Positions 26,051-30,740 of a DNA stretch of 30,740 bases are shown here, piece by piece. The translations under genes were made by a program, and so were the position numbers. Location: positions 1-30,740 of the forward strand of contig JBKJKB010000390.1 in assembly GCA_046597675.1 (NCBI GenBank), written 5' to 3'. Position 1 is the first letter of the stretch, and each line of letters starts with the position of its first letter. Source of the stretch: Gemmatimonadaceae bacterium (GTDB lineage: Bacteria > Gemmatimonadota > Gemmatimonadetes > Gemmatimonadales > Gemmatimonadaceae). Under the pieces are notes generated by a model. The model ran no database searches. It was not told the origin of the DNA and saw only the letters and a program-made list of their open reading frames with translations.

Positions 26051-26449
26051 ATGACCAAGCTCAGTCCGATTTTGCTTATCGTCTCCGCCTTCGCCATATC
26101 GGCGTGCGGACAGCTACCGCTCAACGGGTCGGGCTCGCAGGAATCCGACTGGGCCGCGATCGTGCGGCTCGAGGACCAGGCCAAGGCGATCGCCAAAACC
26201 TCCGGTTGCTCGAGCGTGTCGGAGTGCCGCACCGCTCCGGTCGGGAATCGCGCGTGCGGCGGGCCGCGTTACTACATCGCGTACTGCGCGGCGACCACCG
26301 ACTCGGTCGCGCTGTTCCGGAAGCTCGACGAGGTCGCGAGCGCGGAGAATGCCTACAACCGCAAGTACCAGCTCGGGTCCACGTGCGAATTCCGTATGCC
26401 TCCGCCGCTCACACTATCAGGGGGAGAGTGCCGGGCGGTTGGTCAGTAA
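26051..26449 (+). CDS. Cys-rich hypothetical lipoprotein (132 aa)
   Basis: Lipobox ISAC; six further Cys including ACGGPRYY; purine-rich stretch before the ATG. Confidence 0.85.
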   Translation: MTKLSPILLIVSAFAISACGQLPLNGSGSQESDWAAIVRLEDQAKAIAKTSGCSSVSECRTAPVGNRACGGPRYYIAYCAATTDSVALFRKLDEVASAENAYNRKYQLGSTCEFRMPPPLTLSGGECRAVGQ

Positions 26450-26497
26450 CCTTTAACGGGATACTTTTACCGCTGCCTGAGCTGCACGGCGCCACGA

Positions 26498-28369
26498 TCA
26501 ATAGTCCACCGGCCGCAGATACGACTCACCGATCGCGGCGTTGCTGAGCATCGCCACGGTCGGAAGCTTGCGCTTCCAATGCGTGGATGAGAGGCGCTTG
26601 TTGACGACCTCGACTTCGCCGGAGTCGTAGCCACGCGCGATGATCTCCTCGGGCCGGTACCCGCTCACGAGCCAGTTGAGGATCTCGTCCGCCTTGGCGT
26701 AGGTGATCCCCATGTCGCTTTCGTCGGTCTGCCCTTGTACCAGATCAGCTGTCGGAGGTTTCGCGACGATCTCCTCCGGCACTCCCAGATACTTCGCCAG
26801 CGTGAGCACCTGCGTCTTGAGCAGGTCGCCGAGTGGGTTGATGGGCGGAGTGTCGTCCGCGTGCCAGGTAAAATACCCGAACAACCGCTCGGTCTTGTTG
26901 CCGGTGCCGACTGGCAGCGCCCCGTGCTTCGCGGACATGTCGAACAGCGCGATCATGCGCATCCGCGCCATCACGTTGCCGCGGCGTATCGCGTCGGCGT
27001 CGGGTTCGTTGCGCAGGTATCCGTCCACCGCGTCCGTGATCTCGATCGTCTCCGACTCGATGCCGAGATCGTCGATGACGAGTTGCGCGTGCGCCAGGCT
27101 GTCGGGGCTCGACGCCTGATAAGGAAGGCGCACGGCAATCACGTTCTCCGGGCCGAGCGCGCGAGCCGCCAGATAAGTCGAGCACGCGGAATCGACTCCG
27201 CCGGACAATGCGACGACGACCTTGGTGAACCGTCGTCGCTCCATCTCGTCCCTGAGAAATGCGACCAGCCATTCCGTCGTCAGCTTCGGATCGATATCGA
27301 TGGGCGGTGGCGCCAGCGGCCGCTCGATTACCCGAGTGACCTTGAGCGTCCCTTTCTTTCCGATGGTCGTGACCGACTTGCTCTTCTCCGCCTTCGCGGT
27401 TGTTGTTGCCTTTGCCGCGGCTGGTTTTCTCTTCGCCTTGTCGTACTCGAGCTCGACCGGATCGCCGCGCTTGATGCGCTGCACGTTCTCCAGCATGTGC
27501 GGCAGCAGCGTCTCGAAATCGCTGAGCAACGGCATGTCCGACCGCGCTCTCGTCACGTCGGTCATGTCCACGGTCACGCTCACGATCCCTTCGTCCCACA
27601 CCGGGCCGCGCGCGCGGATGTCTCCCTTGGGTCCGACGATCACCGAGCCCCCGGTCAGCAACTTGCCGCCCTCGCTCCCTACGAGCTGCGCGATGGAGAC
27701 GTACATGCCGTGCTCCTCCGCGATGTCGCGCGCGAGTCTGTCCCAGCGATCGAGCGTGGCGGGGCCGGGCGCGGGCGACTCAGCCGCGTCCCGCGGCCAC
27801 GGCCCGCGTCCAGGAGAGGCCGAATGAATCAACAGGAGCCGCGCGCCGTCGAGCGCGGCGACCGTGCCCATGAAGCTGTGCCATGCATCTTCGCACACGA
27901 CCATCGCCACCCGTCCCACGCCCGTATCGAACGCGCGAAGCTCCAGGCCGCGATCCACGAAGCGCTCCTCATCAAAGAGCCCGTAGGTCGGCAGGAACAG
28001 CTTGCGGTGTACGTGTCTGATGAGCGGTGCGTCGCCGCCGAGCGTGACGTACAGCGCGCTGTTGTACAGGGAGTTCTGGAACAGCTCGTAGAATCCCACG
28101 GCGACGTCGAGCGTGCGCGCGCCGCCGGCCGCTTCGCTGTACACTTTATGGAGGTCGGCTGCGAGCGTCCCCGCAGTGACGGCGACCTCGCGGACGCCAC
28201 CCTCCACGAAGTAGCCGGTGAGCGCTGTTTCCGCGAAGTGCACGACGTCGGGCCGGGGAGCCAGGCCGTCGAGCTGGGCGAACAGGGGCCCAAGTCGCTC
28301 GAGGCTGCCGGCGTAATCGCCCTTGCGTGGTTTGAACTGAACCGTTGCCAGGTGTACTAGTGAAGGCAT
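26498..28369 (-). CDS. nadE: Glutamine-dependent NAD+ synthetase (CN-hydrolase glutaminase domain fused to synthetase domain)
   Basis: Glutaminase triad FAETAL / HRKLFLP / VCEDAW; synthetase motifs LSGGVDS, GNVMARMR, GTGNKTE, LGDLLKTQV, KPPTADL. Start ATG at 28369 (623 aa). Confidence 0.92.
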   Translation of the reverse strand: MPSLVHLATVQFKPRKGDYAGSLERLGPLFAQLDGLAPRPDVVHFAETALTGYFVEGGVREVAVTAGTLAADLHKVYSEAAGGARTLDVAVGFYELFQNSLYNSALYVTLGGDAPLIRHVHRKLFLPTYGLFDEERFVDRGLELRAFDTGVGRVAMVVCEDAWHSFMGTVAALDGARLLLIHSASPGRGPWPRDAAESPAPGPATLDRWDRLARDIAEEHGMYVSIAQLVGSEGGKLLTGGSVIVGPKGDIRARGPVWDEGIVSVTVDMTDVTRARSDMPLLSDFETLLPHMLENVQRIKRGDPVELEYDKAKRKPAAAKATTTAKAEKSKSVTTIGKKGTLKVTRVIERPLAPPPIDIDPKLTTEWLVAFLRDEMERRRFTKVVVALSGGVDSACSTYLAARALGPENVIAVRLPYQASSPDSLAHAQLVIDDLGIESETIEITDAVDGYLRNEPDADAIRRGNVMARMRMIALFDMSAKHGALPVGTGNKTERLFGYFTWHADDTPPINPLGDLLKTQVLTLAKYLGVPEEIVAKPPTADLVQGQTDESDMGITYAKADEILNWLVSGYRPEEIIARGYDSGEVEVVNKRLSSTHWKRKLPTVAMLSNAAIGESYLRPVDY

Positions 28370-28376
28370 TGGCCGA

Positions 28377-28382
28377 ACATTA
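28377..28382 (-). promoter_or_regulatory. Putative -10 box of a leaderless promoter for nadE
   Basis: TAATGT-tcggcca-ATG (7-nt spacer); no Shine-Dalgarno. Confidence 0.55.
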
Positions 28383-28383
28383 C

Positions 28384-30423
28384 ATGACACCTCCACCCTG
28401 CGCACCTGTGCGGACGCATCGCTTCACCGCGGGCCTGTTAACGGCGCTCTCCGCCGGTCTCCTCGCTTTCCCGCAAGTTGCGCGCGGACAGCAGCGGGAG
28501 CCGTGGCAGATCATCACTCCGGCGCAGGCGTCGCTTGTGCTGGCGCGCGACGGCTCGATGATCGGCGAGGTCGGGCGCGAGCGAAGGGTGAGCATCTCGC
28601 TCGCGTCTCTTCCGTCATACGTGGGACAGGCGTTCGTCGCGGTGGAAGACCAGCGCTTCTACCAGCACGACGGCGTGGACGTCGTGGGCATCGCTGGCGC
28701 GCTCAAGGACAACCTGCTTGGCGAACGGCGCGGCGCGAGCACGATCACGCAGCAGCTCGTCGGCAACATGCATCCCGCCATCATCGACCGTGGCGATCTC
28801 ACGCTCGGCAGGAAACTCCGCGAGCAGCAGGCCGCGCGCGAAATGGACCGGCGGTATACCAAGCAGCAGATCCTGGAGGCGTACCTCAACCAGATCGACT
28901 TCGGCCACGGCTGGTTCGGCATCGAGGTCGCAGCCCGGCATTACTTCGGCAAGCCTGCAGCGCGATTGACGCTGGCGGAGGCTGCCACGCTCGCGGCGGT
29001 GCCGAAAGGACCGGCGGTGTTCGATCCGCTTCGAAACCCCGACCGGGTTCGAAATCGGCGCAACGTCGTGCTGCGACTCATGGGCGAGCAGCGATACATC
29101 TCCCCGGGTGACGCGCGAGCCGCGCAGAATTCGCCCCTCGCGCTCGCTCCCAATCAGGGGATGTCGGCACCGGCGCAAAACTTCGTGAACGTCGTCCGCG
29201 TCCAGGCGACGCGGGCCGGCATTCCGGTGATGAACGGCGGGTACCGCATCTACACCGCGCTCGATCCGGCACTGCAGAACGCGGCGGTTGCGGCGGTCGA
29301 AGCGGAGGCCTCGGCGTTCGAGCGCAGACCAGGATACCGGCATCCGACGCGCGCGAGCTACACGAGTGGAACGCCCAATTATCTGCAGGGCGTAGCCATC
29401 GCGATCGATCCTTCGAATGGGGACGTGCGCGCGCTGGTCGGAGGACGTGACTACGGCGACTCGCAATTCGATCGCGCGATCGACGGCGAGCGTCAACCCG
29501 GCTCCGCGTTCAAGCCGATCGTGTACGCGGCCGCTCTCAACCACGCGTTTTCACCGCTCACGGTCGTGCAGGACACCGCCATATCGCTGCGCCTGCCGAA
29601 TGGCACCTACTATCGGCCCGAGAACTCCGACCGCCGCTTCCTTGGCGCGATCACGCTGCGGGAGGCACTGGCACAATCGCGCAACGTCGTGGCGGTTCAA
29701 CTCGCGGTCGAAGTCGGAATGGACTCGGTGATCGCGCTGGCGAGACGGATGGGGATCACCTCTCCGATCGCACCCGGGCCTGCGAGCGCGATCGGCGCGT
29801 CGGTGGTTCAGCCGCTCGACATCGTCGCGGCATTTACAGTGTTCGCCAATCTGGGAACACCGATGGAGCCGCGCTTCATCCACCGGATCGAGGACAGCCG
29901 CGGCCAGGTGGTCTATTCGGCCCCGGTTCACGCATTGCCCCCGGCCATGGATGCGCCGGTCGCCTTCGTGGTGCGGGACATGATGAGGGACGTGGTCGAC
30001 CGGGGCACGGCGACGAGCGTCCGCCGGTTCGTCCCGCCCGCGATCCCCGTCGCCGGCAAGACCGGCACGACCAATGACAATACGGATACGTGGTTCATCG
30101 GCCTGACCCCGGATATCGTGGCCGGGGTCTGGTTTGGCTTCGACCGGCCTACCCCCATCAGCGGGGCCGCGGCTGGCGGCTCCCTGGCGGCCCCGGCCTG
30201 GGGCCGGATGGTCGGCTCTCTGTATCGATCCAGGGGTCCCGCCCAGGAGTGGACGGCGCCTGCGGGGGTCATTTCGGGGACCGCCGAGCGTGGCACCGCC
30301 CATCTGGCCAGCGACTTGACCCCGCCGGACCGCCGGTACACGGAGTATTTCGTGGAGGGGACGGAGCCAGAAGCCCTCCGGCTGGACCCCTGGCGGCTCT
30401 TTCGGTGGGGGCCCCTTCAATAA
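28384..30423 (+). CDS. Class A penicillin-binding protein (PBP1A family transglycosylase/transpeptidase)
   Basis: EDQRFYQHDG, GASTITQQL, RKLRE, ILEAYLN, GSAFKP (SxxK), SRN (SxN), GKTGTT (KTG). Start is ATG 28384 or GTG 28408. Confidence 0.93.
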   Translation: MTPPPCAPVRTHRFTAGLLTALSAGLLAFPQVARGQQREPWQIITPAQASLVLARDGSMIGEVGRERRVSISLASLPSYVGQAFVAVEDQRFYQHDGVDVVGIAGALKDNLLGERRGASTITQQLVGNMHPAIIDRGDLTLGRKLREQQAAREMDRRYTKQQILEAYLNQIDFGHGWFGIEVAARHYFGKPAARLTLAEAATLAAVPKGPAVFDPLRNPDRVRNRRNVVLRLMGEQRYISPGDARAAQNSPLALAPNQGMSAPAQNFVNVVRVQATRAGIPVMNGGYRIYTALDPALQNAAVAAVEAEASAFERRPGYRHPTRASYTSGTPNYLQGVAIAIDPSNGDVRALVGGRDYGDSQFDRAIDGERQPGSAFKPIVYAAALNHAFSPLTVVQDTAISLRLPNGTYYRPENSDRRFLGAITLREALAQSRNVVAVQLAVEVGMDSVIALARRMGITSPIAPGPASAIGASVVQPLDIVAAFTVFANLGTPMEPRFIHRIEDSRGQVVYSAPVHALPPAMDAPVAFVVRDMMRDVVDRGTATSVRRFVPPAIPVAGKTGTTNDNTDTWFIGLTPDIVAGVWFGFDRPTPISGAAAGGSLAAPAWGRMVGSLYRSRGPAQEWTAPAGVISGTAERGTAHLASDLTPPDRRYTEYFVEGTEPEALRLDPWRLFRWGPLQ

Positions 30424-30427
30424 CTGC

Positions 30428-30456
30428 TTGCCGCCTTCGGAATCCCGTTCTACATT
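30428..30456 (+). promoter_or_regulatory. Putative sigma70-type promoter for the terminal lipoprotein gene
   Basis: TTGCCG (30428-30433), 17-nt spacer, TACATT (30451-30456). Confidence 0.55.
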
Positions 30457-30475
30457 GACAAACCGTTTCTGTGCG

Positions 30476-30498
30476 CGCGCTCGTATGGGTCGAGCGCG
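30476..30498 (+). other. GC-rich hairpin in the PBP-lipoprotein intergenic region / 5' leader
   Basis: cgcgctcg-tatgggt-cgagcgcg: 8-bp stem with a 7-nt loop, followed by ggcttt. Confidence 0.5.
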
Positions 30499-30532
30499 GG
30501 CTTTGAGGCAACCCCCCCAGGAGTCGAACAGT

Positions 30533-30740
30533 ATGTCGAATCGTATCGTCACTCGTTATGCCAGCTTGTTGCTTGCGGCTTTCGTCTTCGCCGGTTGTAG
30601 CGATGACGAGCCGACAGGAATAGACACCCTTCCGTTTGATGTTACCCCCATCGCCGTGGCAATCCTCGAGGGTCAGACGACGCAGCTCAAGCTGTCCGGA
30701 GTTGCTGGTTCCGAAGTCGACTGGGAAAGCACTGCGCCGA
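30533..30740 (+). CDS. Lipoprotein with a probable Ig-like (Big_2-type) repeat, truncated by the window edge
   Basis: Hand translation MSNRIVTRYASLLLAAFVFAGCSDDEPTG...VTPIAVAILEGQTTQLKL...VDWEST; lipobox FAGC; AGGAG at 30519-30523. Confidence 0.8.
   Translation, partial: MSNRIVTRYASLLLAAFVFAGCSDDEPTGIDTLPFDVTPIAVAILEGQTTQLKLSGVAGSEVDWESTAP

Noticed and set aside
29940-30423. Apparent shift to G/C-run-rich sequence at the PBP 3' end, suggesting recombination
   Set aside because: Impression only and not quantifiable without computation; the frame and transpeptidase motifs continue normally.
1-30740. tRNA, rRNA, integrase, transposase or prophage genes
   Set aside because: None recognised; intergenic gaps are short and explained by promoters, repeats or terminators.

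Overview
GC-rich bacterial chromosomal window of about 30 genes, mostly housekeeping. The gene set and protein styles suggest Gemmatimonadota (inference). In order: a partial DUF6986/aldolase-like gene coupled to a Zn-dependent nucleoside/nucleobase deaminase; alcohol dehydrogenase and csaA; small ORF, queG and an HD hydrolase; a YfcE-like phosphoesterase; an alkaline-phosphatase-superfamily enzyme; a LOG protein and a Gre factor; glpD divergent from fadI-fadJ; S9 and M14 peptidases and proline dehydrogenase; a hypothetical gene and rsgA; an OsmC-family protein; a [2Fe-2S] ferredoxin, small helical ORF, TerC and a Met-rich secreted protein; a 4-TM protein; a fused E1 alpha/beta 2-oxoacid dehydrogenase; a Cys-rich lipoprotein; glutamine-dependent nadE; a class A PBP; and a partial Ig-like lipoprotein. 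I saw no rRNA, tRNA, CRISPR array, prophage or transposase. The most unusual signals are non-coding or architectural. (1) A recurring TANNNT-N5-7-ATG pattern at seven gene starts points to widespread leaderless transcription and explains very tight divergent gene pairs. (2) Three intergenic arrays of CTAG-containing heptamers have palindromic cores, and two of them overlap stop codons. (3) NadE looks like a fusion of a stand-alone-type synthetase with a glutaminase through a Lys-rich linker. (4) QueG appears to lack its usual C-terminal cap. I found no unambiguous new multi-gene system. All family calls come from motif recognition, with no database search.
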